Part shown: one piece after another, positions 51,127 to 60,921 of the stretch
How the letters are laid out: each line of letters opens with the position of its first letter
Numbering within the stretch: the first letter of the stretch is position 1
Origin: Epithemia pelagica
Lineage: Eukaryota > Protista > Bacillariophyta
NCBI GenBank assembly: GCA_946965045.2
Contig: OX337228.1
Location: 6,919,077-6,983,076 of the forward strand
Direction of reading: 5' to 3'
DNA: 64,000 bases
Position numbers and translations under genes: made by a program
The notes under the pieces: generated by a model
The model's input: the letters and a program-made list of their open reading frames with translations, nothing else
Told to the model about the DNA's origin: nothing
Database searches by the model: none

Positions 51127-53958
51127 TCACAGGTCAGGCTCCGATTTGTCCTTCGTCTCTTCACTTTCATTATCATTATTCTCCTCTTCGCTTTCGCTCG
51201 CCTCGGGCTTGGCATCCAAGTCCACTTCTTCATCTTGTTCATTCTCCTTCTTCTCCTTCAAGAGCATGGCCATGGTTTCAAAATCAGGAACACTCTCATC
51301 CAGAGCCGACTCAAACGACGATGAAGGCCATTCCTTCGGAACTGGAACACCATACTTTGTTTCTAGATTGTTCCAGAGCTTGTCTTTGTTGTGCCGATAC
51401 TTATACGCCAACCATCGAGCAGTATCATGGTCACCATCTTGCGGAGAACCAGGCAAGGCGACTTGGTAATACTCCAACAGACGACTCGTGTCGCGTTTCC
51501 ACACATAATCTTCCCAGTATGATTTACAAAAGAATCCACCAAAGAAAAGAATCGCAAAGGCTAGCCAACCATAGTACTCATACAGACGACCGCGTGCAGT
51601 CTTGACCGCCTGCACAACCGACTCTCGCTCACCTGGTCCCCATCCAGTCGTAAGGACACCCATCACAGCCAAACTCAATTCCAACGTCGTTTGCTCACAC
51701 GCGATCTTTTTCTCTTCTTCGTCATCTTTGATTTCCCCTTCAGCCGTTTCGTGAACTTGTGTATCCAACTTCACCAAAGGTGCCAACGGGTTGCCAACCG
51801 GATGCCAGGGACCATCTCGGCTGTATTTTTGAAAGATTTGGACTGTGAAGTCCAGAGCAGCTTTTTCACGGTGAGGAATATTTCGTGACGACTCTGCGTC
51901 CTTGACTGCCTTCCAAAAGGCCTCGTCTTCTTCATGATCCTGATTGTATACAGTCTCGGCATCTTTTTCTTCGGCACCACACGATCGCCGCTTATGAACA
52001 ACGCATTCCGATGCTTTGAATTCCATCGAATAAGGCCCTGCCGGTAAACGTCTATCAAAGTCGAAAATGACTTTGATTCGTTTGTCCACTGCACCAGTTC
52101 CTTCTTGGAGTTGCTGAAAGATTTTGGTCTGGTGCTTTTTTCGTTGTTCTGGAGTGTAGTATCGTGCCACGCCTGTTGCAACCGCCGCCACCGACTGAAC
52201 TCGTACTGGCAAATTGTTCTTGTTGCCCCGTCCGGACCGACTACCAACACGTCCCAGGGCAACACCTCCCAACAAAGCACAACCTGTGGGGACGGCTTCC
52301 GGAGAAGCAGACAAGACAGGCACCTTTTGTAGCCAGGATGCTAGGGAAGAAGATGAGTCTTTGAGCCCTTTGGTCAAGGTCTGATGCAAGGCATCTTGTT
52401 CGGCCGAAGATCCATACGACAAAACTACCGCTGGGCCATCCGAATCAGGTGCGACGGTATCCAGAATAAGTTCCAGCTCTTGTAAGCAAGATTCTAACAA
52501 GTTGTATGGTTTGTCCTCTTGGTTTGAGACAAGTCGACTCACATTTGCCAAGACTTGATATTCTTCGTATAAACAGTAATTGGCAACCGAATCATCGTCA
52601 TCTTCACTGGAATCTCTAGGATAAGATAGCTGAATGGCCGCAACTTCGCATCCCTCCAACGTGACACCTATGGTTAGAACCAAAGTAGTTGCGGAAAATC
52701 CGTCCTTTCCACTTCTATTCGAGGATCTCTGTTGCTGCTGTTTCCACAGCATTTGTTGAACCAACTGCAACCGCTTCACAAAAGGATTCGCATTGCTCGT
52801 ACTCGATGGATCAGGCTTGACCAGGGAACCAAAGACAGCACAGACGGATCGAGGATACAGCAATGTTGGTGGAGCGTCGTCGTCCAGATTCCACTGACTA
52901 CCAGCACCGGTTCCTGCAGCACCCGTCGACGCTGCAGCTTCATACAAGGCTTCCGCGGCGGCGTCATGCAAGGCCCAGCTAGGTAACGCAAAGGCAATCG
53001 GGAAGTGTGTCCATTCTTCGCCACCATCTGCCGCATCGCCCTTACTGGAGCCGTCTTCGGAACGGTCTTGAACGAATTTGGTTGCTGTGGCGACATGAGA
53101 ACGAGCTTGATGCAAAAGTAACTGTGTCGCTTCTTCCGGCAGAATCGTCAGTGGCTTTTTCTTCTTTTTCTTTTTCTTGGTATTGTCCGAGGAAGTGGCA
53201 TGTAGGCGCAGCTTGACAACTGCCCGATCCAAGTCATAATCGTGGATATCTTCGACTAGTTCTGATCCATCCAGAGTTGAGTTCGTCCACCAAGAAGCAG
53301 GTACGTCGTCGTCATCGTTTTCGTTGGTATCTCCATGTCGAATGGGATATTGTGACTGCAAAAAGGGATTCAGTTGCTGGATGCGTCGAATCCCCAACAT
53401 TAGATGAGGACGATCCACGTAAACCACGGTAGTGTCCTTGTCCTCTTTGTCGTGGTCAGCTCCATCCTTAGTGACTGCAAAGCATTCCCTTTTCATGGCA
53501 GCATAGGATGGCGGGTTGTCTTCCGACGACGCAGTCAAGTAGTTCCGCAAGGCCTTGTGAGAGGCTTCCGTGGCCTTGAACGCTAATTTGGCCTTCATTT
53601 TGCCCAGAAAGACGGGTTGCAGAACTTTCTGATCTTGCGGTTTCTCCCGAACAACTTTTGCTGGAAAGTAGGCCACCGTAGGCATGGCAGCATGTAGATC
53701 CACGGCCGTCAGTGGCAAGTGAGCTGTCGATTTGGCCTTGGCCAAATTGAGTCGTTGTGTTTTGTCGCAAACTTCCACCACCGGTGCAGATGCAGTCGAT
53801 GCTGATGAAGCTGCACCCTTTGCAAAACTCGCGGTCGTTGGTGGAGGTGGTGGCGCCAAGGCTGAAGAACCAGCAGCGTTGGCATCATGTGCCATCATCA
53901 ATCCACCGGCTCCTCCTCCGCCGCCCAATCCACCACCACCCGTAGTTGCCAACGACAT
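51127..53958 (-). CDS. Highly divergent Hsp70-fold protein with a C-terminal transmembrane helix (~943 aa)
   Basis: Collinear Hsp70-like blocks: PTVAYF, PEEATQLLL, IAFALPSW, LLYPRSVCAVFG, VLTIGVTLEGCEVAAI, VVLSYGSS, PEAVPTGCALLG, IFDFDRRLP, FTVQIFQ. Helix YYGWLAFAILFFGGFFC. Canonical phosphate-binding motifs are absent. Confidence 0.65.
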   Translation of the reverse strand: MSLATTGGGGLGGGGGAGGLMMAHDANAAGSSALAPPPPPTTASFAKGAASSASTASAPVVEVCDKTQRLNLAKAKSTAHLPLTAVDLHAAMPTVAYFPAKVVREKPQDQKVLQPVFLGKMKAKLAFKATEASHKALRNYLTASSEDNPPSYAAMKRECFAVTKDGADHDKEDKDTTVVYVDRPHLMLGIRRIQQLNPFLQSQYPIRHGDTNENDDDDVPASWWTNSTLDGSELVEDIHDYDLDRAVVKLRLHATSSDNTKKKKKKKKPLTILPEEATQLLLHQARSHVATATKFVQDRSEDGSSKGDAADGGEEWTHFPIAFALPSWALHDAAAEALYEAAASTGAAGTGAGSQWNLDDDAPPTLLYPRSVCAVFGSLVKPDPSSTSNANPFVKRLQLVQQMLWKQQQQRSSNRSGKDGFSATTLVLTIGVTLEGCEVAAIQLSYPRDSSEDDDDSVANYCLYEEYQVLANVSRLVSNQEDKPYNLLESCLQELELILDTVAPDSDGPAVVLSYGSSAEQDALHQTLTKGLKDSSSSLASWLQKVPVLSASPEAVPTGCALLGGVALGRVGSRSGRGNKNNLPVRVQSVAAVATGVARYYTPEQRKKHQTKIFQQLQEGTGAVDKRIKVIFDFDRRLPAGPYSMEFKASECVVHKRRSCGAEEKDAETVYNQDHEEDEAFWKAVKDAESSRNIPHREKAALDFTVQIFQKYSRDGPWHPVGNPLAPLVKLDTQVHETAEGEIKDDEEEKKIACEQTTLELSLAVMGVLTTGWGPGERESVVQAVKTARGRLYEYYGWLAFAILFFGGFFCKSYWEDYVWKRDTSRLLEYYQVALPGSPQDGDHDTARWLAYKYRHNKDKLWNNLETKYGVPVPKEWPSSSFESALDESVPDFETMAMLLKEKKENEQDEEVDLDAKPEASESEEENNDNESEETKDKSEPDL

Positions 53959-54429
53959 TTTCAATGAATAGATGTAAAGAGTTGCTGCGAACACTGGACT
54001 TGCTGACAATTCAGGCAGATCGACCCTCGAGGTAGAAAGCACGGTCTTTCGGTATCGATACGACAATAATGGCGACGATGAACGAAGAGCAAAAATGACG
54101 ACGATGGATGCAAATGGTTGGCAGTTCGAATGCGTGGAACTTTTGGACAGTGGACGACACTCCTATAAAGTTTGATGAGCGCTCGGAAATACATTTTGTT
54201 GACTGTGGAAAATGGAGAATTTCACACTCAGCATATTTTCTTGCCCGTCGGGTTTTTAAAGCCCGGTTGTCATTTAAAAGTTATGGCGGGCTCGAGCATT
54301 CACTCACACGATGATTGTTCGAGCCTTCCCATACACTTTTTTATGTCGAATAATTTTTCCTAAAATCAATATCCAAAGTCCAAACCTTATCGGTACGAAA
54401 AAAGGTCGACTATTGGTGATGCAAGACGT

Positions 54430-56438
54430 ATGTGTTTTTGGCACGCTTTGACAATGAGCATGAGTTCGACACCAGCACCACCTCCTTCTTCCAGTTCTAA
54501 TAACGAGAACGCATCCAACGGCTCCTCCTTCTCCTTGCCCTTTTTCGCCGATGCCACATTGGATTGGACACGGCTCAAGATATGGCTAAAGCACAATGAT
54601 CCATTGTCCGAATTCCACCGCTCCAGCAGCTAGAATATCATTCAGAGCGACAAGCACAACCACCACCAGCACAGGAGAGCCAGTGCATGTTCCACCACCA
54701 ACCGAGAGCCTCCGATTGTTCCTGCCATGCTGCCGGATTCCTTTTCCCTTTCTGCAACGGCCACAGCTGATTCGGCTTTCAACGCACCTCCACCTGCACG
54801 GCGGTCTCCGTCGTCGAATCGAGAGGGGGAGGTGCTCCATTTTCACAAGAGGAGCAGGGCACGCAAGGACTTGAACCATCCAAATCGGGAAATGCCGCCA
54901 CATAACGATGCAGCACCACTCTTTTCCTGTGGGCTATCAGCAACCAATTCTTCTGCCACTACCATTGCAGCAACAAAAGTGTCAAGGCCCTCGTCATGAC
55001 AGGTTTGACGACAAGTTTTGGATCCGTGGTCTATTGCGGTTTGGTTGGTGGTGTAGCTCAGAGCTATTATGGAGTCAACGGAAACAACTGGGTACCGCCG
55101 AAGACCATTCACAATCGCTGTGACGAGCATGGCAGCGACAGCAAGAATACCGAATGCAACAAAAAAAGGACAGCAGAGGTTGCCGGATTCTCCAAAACCA
55201 ATGAGTTCAACCAGTTCCGAGTCAATACATTGGCCAGACTCGTCACGCTATGGCTTTAAAACCCACAAGCCATGATTGTAACTGCTCCACAACGACTTAC
55301 CACCACCAAGAATGTGCGTTGGGGAACCAACATGGAAGTATCCGCACAAGAACCCTCACCTCTCTCGTCCTGAAGATGACGACAACGCAGACAATGACAC
55401 TGGTGGTCCCTTGCCGTCTCCAGGAAATTTGTTTGACCTCTTCCTTTACACATCACCCCGATGCCTTTTTGGATCTGCCCTCGACCTTTGATTCCTTGCA
55501 CAAGACTATCATCACTATGCATCCCTCGGACGAACCAACTACCCCAGTCGCTGCTGCTGCCACCACATCTGAGGTCAAAGCTGCAGCCAAACCCCAACGA
55601 TGGCGAAACTGCTACGGATCCAGCGACTACAACGACTGATGGTATCAAACAACCGAAAAAGGGATGCCGTAAACCAAGACCACGCGAAGAACAAAAACCC
55701 CTTGAAGAATTGTACGATTGACCCAAGCTATTACACGTGTACGTATCAATCCACTGTATATCTCTTTAATAATCTGGTGTCCAGAATATTATTTTGTGAG
55801 AACAGACTGTGTGTGTGTGAATGTCCGGATTTCACATCTATGCGCCCTTTTTCTGGTATATTAGAGTGGTCAAATCACACCAACAAGGAGGCTCACGAAG
55901 TAGAATTCGTGGATGAACAAGTCAAAATCCTGCATGAAACAAGATCAAAGTGGATTGTGCCAACGTAGCCAATCACATTCCGCTCAAAGCTTGTCCCAAA
56001 GTACGGAACGTAACCATTGAAGCCATGACTTCCGTGGTAGCAGGCTTGCGATGCCGAGGAGCCGTGGACGTGTCCATCCGGTTGGTGAATTTTGTCCTGG
56101 AGGAGCTGCGTTGGGCACTGGAACACCACAACTATCAAGATCAGCAACGAACCATCACATGTGCAAGACTGTTGGGCGTATGGTTTTGTCGAACACGGGT
56201 TCCCGGCAAACTGCTGGTGATTGATCAAGTATACTACGATAATCTGGGGCACACAATTCCTCCGGCCCTTCGCGAAGCATCCATAAATTTGGTCCGCCGT
56301 GTAGACGAGCAGCAGCAGCAACATGTCGTTGTCGTCGATGCCGTGATCATGACGCACGATCAAGAGTTTTCAAAGTACCTAGAATCTCGACAGCATCATT
56401 GTGTCAAGTCAGAACCATATCCAACACGAAATAGATAG
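54430..56438 (+). pseudogene. UPF2: UPF2 (NMD factor) pseudogene relic; clearest at MIF4G-3, about 55950-56250
   Basis: IEAMTSVVAGL..VSIRLVNFVLEELRWALEHHNYQDQQRTITCARLLG aligns to UPF2 IHCVANLLAGL..VGIHVVDGVLEDIRLGMEVNQPKFNQRRISSAKFLG. Upstream frames are broken by many stops; the 5' extent is uncertain. Confidence 0.65.
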
Positions 56439-57325
56439 TAATCATTTTAAGTATTGCATGGTTATCAGTCGCAACAAGGGCATGTCTCTTTTTCGCTTTG
56501 GTCCATCATTTTTCGTTGCAGTGATCAAAACCATTCATTCCTTACCAGTTGAAATCACGAGAGGGAGGACAAAACGGGATACCTCTGTTGTGCATGCGAC
56601 AATTGTTGTTGTTTGTGTCCTGCTGAATTTGCCCTTCGTGTCGTGCTGCTAAACGAACAAGCTGGACGGCTGTTCTCATTGTTGTTGTTTGGTGTAACTG
56701 TGGTTGTTGTTCTTGTTGTTGTCGGCATTATCGTAGTACAATCGAGTGACTGTGTAGCCATTGATCCTTTCCCAGACAAGCCAGGAGTTTCGACATCTGT
56801 TGGTCGTGCTCCTTGTGTGGCTTGGTTCATGGTCTCTTGTGGTCAATGAATCCAACAGAAGGACGAAACGGGTGGATTCCAATGTCTGATGATGAGAGAA
56901 GCAGTAAGCGAAGGAATACTCAGACAGCGGTATCACTTACAGTAGGACTAGCTTGGACTCTCGAGGTGATCAAGCTCTTGAGGGCAAGCCAGTAGGACGG
57001 ATCTAGATCAGTTGTAACTCAATAGGACAATTTCTAAGATTGTGAGCAATAAACATGGTTAGTACATGTAGCACATGAGAATCACATGACAAGCACATGA
57101 GTAGCACATAGTCTAACCGACTGCACTTCGAGCCCCTGATACCCCAACCCGAACGCGTGCATGGCCAAAAAGCACTGCTCGCAAAATCAGAAGCCCAAAA
57201 ATACACTATGGAGACAATCAGTAGAAGCGTTTTTAGTTAAATATAAGACGGGACTTAGCGTAGAAAAACGCCAATGGACACATTCTCACTTTGACAGCCA
57301 ATTCCAACGGATGAACATCATCCAA

Positions 57326-57394
57326 CCCACCATGTAAGTATTATCCAAGCTTCTTTGATATATAGAGAAGCTTGGATAATACTTACATGGTGGG
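57326..57394. mobile_element. 69-bp foldback micro-MITE with a 5-bp target-site duplication
   Basis: Perfect 29-bp inverted arms (57326-57354 / 57366-57394), 11-nt spacer, TCCAA on both sides (57321-57325, 57395-57399). Confidence 0.85.
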
Positions 57395-57716
57395 TCCAAC
57401 ACCGGCAATGCCTCTCTAAATGGCTCGGAAAGAGAGACCCGTTCGGCCCATAATTTATGAGATCAGTATTCCGACCTGCTCGCACCCGACCATAAAATAT
57501 TTTCATATCCTTATATAACATTCCTTCGCAGTCGCCTTTCATTCGTCCATAAATTGTCATCTCGGAACTCAGATGCTTGGGCCTGTTTGCTCACAAATTG
57601 GACCCAAAGCATGGAGTGGGGATGACCGAAACACAACGAGACACTTGAACCGTCGTTCAATACACAACAGACTCTCCCGAACCTTACCAATACGGAAAGT
57701 TAATAGAGAAAGCAAC

Positions 57717-58337
57717 ATGGAACCCCGCGACCTAGGAGATGAGTTCTTCCATTGCCAGTATATCGATGAAAGCAAAACAGAGGAGGAAAATATCCAAGCA
57801 AAGGAAAATTTGGATCAAGACGGCCCTCCTTTGTCTCCCAACCTACAGACTCGACATCAGAGGAGTTGCGGAGGAACCTCCATCGCTTCATCCTACAATG
57901 AACGCAAACGCGTCGCAAGACTGTGCCGCGAATTTAGAAAGAAGACCACCAAACCGTGTTCCGTGTTTGGTTACGATCGATACCAGCGGTTTCGCGGCTT
58001 CTTCTTCTTTTGCAGCAATTGCAAGGATGCTGACGACAAGGAGAGAGATTCATCTGTCCGTGTCAACCGTACAACCAAGGATGGACCGTATACCTGCATG
58101 GCAGAACACGAGAGCATCATTTACCCAACTGACCGGATAAAGATTGAAATCAAGAAGCCTCACACAAGGACAAATTTGGGAAAGCCCACGAAGAAGAAAG
58201 CACCCCCCGACAGCAACAGAAAACGCAAGGACCCCCCAAACGAGGAAGATAGTACTTCTTCCAAAGCACAGAAAACCGAAGCAACAGCGGAAAGCGAAAC
58301 ATACTCGTGTTTTGAATCGTCGGATGAAGAGCCCTAA
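57717..58337 (+). CDS. Cys/His-motif protein (C-x2-C-x24-C-x3-H), probably 3'-truncated
   Basis: FFCSNC...YTCMAEH. The stop codon is the TAA of the CCCTAAGG junction at 58332. Confidence 0.55.
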   Translation: MEPRDLGDEFFHCQYIDESKTEEENIQAKENLDQDGPPLSPNLQTRHQRSCGGTSIASSYNERKRVARLCREFRKKTTKPCSVFGYDRYQRFRGFFFFCSNCKDADDKERDSSVRVNRTTKDGPYTCMAEHESIIYPTDRIKIEIKKPHTRTNLGKPTKKKAPPDSNRKRKDPPNEEDSTSSKAQKTEATAESETYSCFESSDEEP

Positions 58338-58510
58338 GGAGAAAGTGCCTGTCCGTAGGCCTACGTAGACTCTAGCGTCCCACTGCAGAACAGCCCCCAT
58401 CCCACTTGTCCCACTGTAGAGCCGCCCTCTGTCCCACTGCAGAAGTGCCCTGTCCCACTGCAGAACAGCCTGCTGTCCCACTGCAGAACAGCCCACTAGA
58501 ACAGCCCTAT
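58332..58510 (+). repeat. Element end, class A: CCCTAAGG plus five ~21-23-bp TGTCCCACTGCAGAACAGCCC repeats
   Basis: Units at about 58377, 58407, 58430, 58451, 58474; leader homologous to 59616. Confidence 0.85.
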
Positions 58511-58526
58511 TCTAGTCATACCTATG

Positions 58527-59075
58527 CCCTAAGGATATTTGCCTTTTTTGGGTGTCTTTAGTACTAGACACCGTAGGATTTGAACGTGTGCATATGAGCA
58601 CAAGTGGCTATAGTATCTGTGCATATGAGCACTGATATATATGCCTTTTGTTGCAAAAGAGCACTGCCCGTTGTGCAGATGAGCACAGAATGTCTATGCC
58701 CCGCTCAAGTCTTATTTCTAAGCACTCATATTCAATATGAGTGACTAATTTCATTGATTACTAACCATTACCACACTCTTAGTTGTTCCCCCATTCTTTG
58801 GCGCGAAAAGCTCGCCTGCGTGTCCCTTCGCGCCAAACATCTTCACCTGACAACCTTAATTGGCCCTAAGGATATTTCACTTTTTTGGGAGCTTTTAGTA
58901 CTAGAGACCGTAGAATTTGAACATCTGCATATGAGCACAAAATCCTATAGTGCCTGTTGCATATGAGCAAGGATTTGTTGCGGATGAGCTGCAATTTGTT
59001 ACGCTTTTGTTGCGATTGAGCAGTGGCCTTGTCTATGCCCCTTTGACCACTCCCCAAAAGCAGTCATATTCAATA
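58527..59075 (+). repeat. Two class-B element ends (58527, 58864): CCCTAAGG plus GTGCATATGAGCAC-type pseudo-palindromes
   Basis: ccctaaggatattt..ttttttggg..tttagtactaga.accgtag.atttgaac in both. Motif copies at 58588, 58619, 58673, 58925, 58957. Confidence 0.85.
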
Positions 59076-59268
59076 TGCTCTAAACTGGCCCAATACTTTT
59101 CAGAGCTCTGCCAGTTAGGTTTTTGTCTCGCCCTACTCTACATAGAAGAATCAAATTGGATAAACAGCAAAGAGTGTGGAGGCTAGTTTAGGTTTTTCTA
59201 TCCAAAGATTTTGGAGTGTTCTACTTCCCGCTCGCTAACTCGCGCGCCAGCAAGCCACTTTGGATTGA

Positions 59269-59616
59269 CTAATCTACATCCACTCGCACCCGGTCGCCAT
59301 TATCAACTACATCGGTGGTCAGGGCATCAACGATAGGGAGCTCCTCTAGGTTGCCGTCATCCACAATGAGCACTGGTGGAGTGTCTTTGGGAGTGCTGAA
59401 TGCAAATCTAGCTTGGAGCCCCCGTCTACGTCGTTCTTGGTAAGACATGGGCGGGATCGCATCAATGATGCTTTCACTCCTCATGTCTGTGCCCTGGTCC
59501 ATATTGTCATTTGCAGTTGATAGGTTGGTGGGGGAGATTGATGAGGAGGTTGTCCATGAAAAAACCGAGGACCTTGAGCTTGCCGAGGTAGTCGAAATCG
59601 GGCGGCAAAGGAGGAC
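59269..59616 (-). pseudogene. 3' fragment of an unknown gene, cut at the 59616 junction
   Basis: Open minus frame from the CCCTAAGG site to a stop at 59269 (..SYQERRRRGLQARFAFSTP..). Confidence 0.35.
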
Positions 59617-59810
59617 CCTAAGGAGAAAGTGCTCGTGCGTAGGCCCTCGTAGACTCTGTACTGCATATTTTCCCACCTGGGAACAGCCCCTGTCTCATAT
59701 TTTCCCACCTGGGAACAGCCCCTGTCTCATATTTTCCCACCTGGGAACAGCCCTCGTCCTCATATTTTCCCACCTGGGAACAGCCCCTTTCTCACTATAG
59801 AACAGCCCAC
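59616..59810 (+). repeat. Element end, class A: CCCTAAGG plus four 32-33-bp CATATTTTCCCACCTGGGAACAGCCC repeats
   Basis: Units at 59664, 59696, 59728, 59761. Confidence 0.9.
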
Positions 59811-60267
59811 CTTCCCCATATTTTCCAATTTGGGGTCGTATTCCCCCTCTGTTGTACAGCCCTCATCCCCAATATACTCCCAAGCCCATACATATTCAAG
59901 CTAGGATTTCCTAGATATAAGCTAGATCTATACACATGACTATCGATAGTATTAATTTTCTTCACTTGAAAATCTCATTTTTTGGTCATTGGGCCCAACA
60001 CCAGTCATTCTGTTCAAGATTTCTGGTGAATGACCCTCCTTTGGGCCTGTTGCCTTTGGGTATGTTTTCGCACGAGAATCATACATAGATGACTCGTCAC
60101 ATTCTGCTGGGTGACTTCATAGTTCCTCCTGCCGTGGTACATGCATGTTTGATTGTTGCCAACACACACCTCTATCAGCAATCAACCAGTATTGTGAATC
60201 TATGGTGAGTGCTTGATACCGAAAGCATCTATGATTCATCATTCTCCATTCCTATTTCTTACATCAG

Positions 60268-60921
60268 CTACTTTCTACTATTCACATTGGCACACAGGAA
60301 GGAGTTGTACGAGGGAATGTCACATGTCAGCTCCAGTAAAGTCTCTTCCAGGCTTGCTGCAGGTCTCGTTCTCTTGTGGACATGAAAAATAAGTCGCTTC
60401 AAGCACCTTTGAAGTGGGCAGTCTCTGGGCCCATGAGGAACATAGCCTGGTCTGTTGAAGGGCTCGAAACAGGCTAAACAGGCTTTGTTCTTGAGCACCC
60501 GAGAAACACTCACCGGACAGTTACTTCTTCGGTGGTTCGTTGATCCACAATTGAAACAGGATCCATAGTCAAGGCACTTCTCCCCATTGCATGTTGCATC
60601 CATGCAAACAACACATTGAACAATCAACAGTTGGATGCACTCTTCTGCCATGGACGTTTCAATGTCTTGTCGTCTGACTCTTTCGACTACTTGTGTCTGT
60701 CCACTCTCTTGGGCCTTTTTCCTACAGAAATCGCAAACCCCACAATGTGTTACACGAATGCCAAACTTCTGTGAAATATTTGCAACACAACAACCATGCT
60801 CTTGCAACAAATTTTTTATGGAAGCTGATCCAAATATGGCTTCGAAGCTTTTCCTTGGCCGCTCTCCAACAATCAACCGTTTTGCCTGAAGCGTCTTCAG
60901 GGTCATGTCCTCGTCCATGTC
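60268..60921 (-). pseudogene. C-terminal fragment of a RecQ-type (telomere-linked-helicase-like) protein, cut at the 60922 junction
   Basis: GCCVANISQKFG..HCGVCDFC resembles the RecQ zinc-binding CRR..L..YFG..CG.CD.C. It is followed by the CCHC knuckle CFNCGSTNHRRSNC and more Cys/His motifs. No helicase core present. Confidence 0.6.

Noticed and set aside
5479-59810. CRISPR-like arrays (76-bp, 32-bp and 21-bp repeats)
   Set aside because: Units are head-to-tail without unique spacers, there are no cas genes, and the context is eukaryotic.
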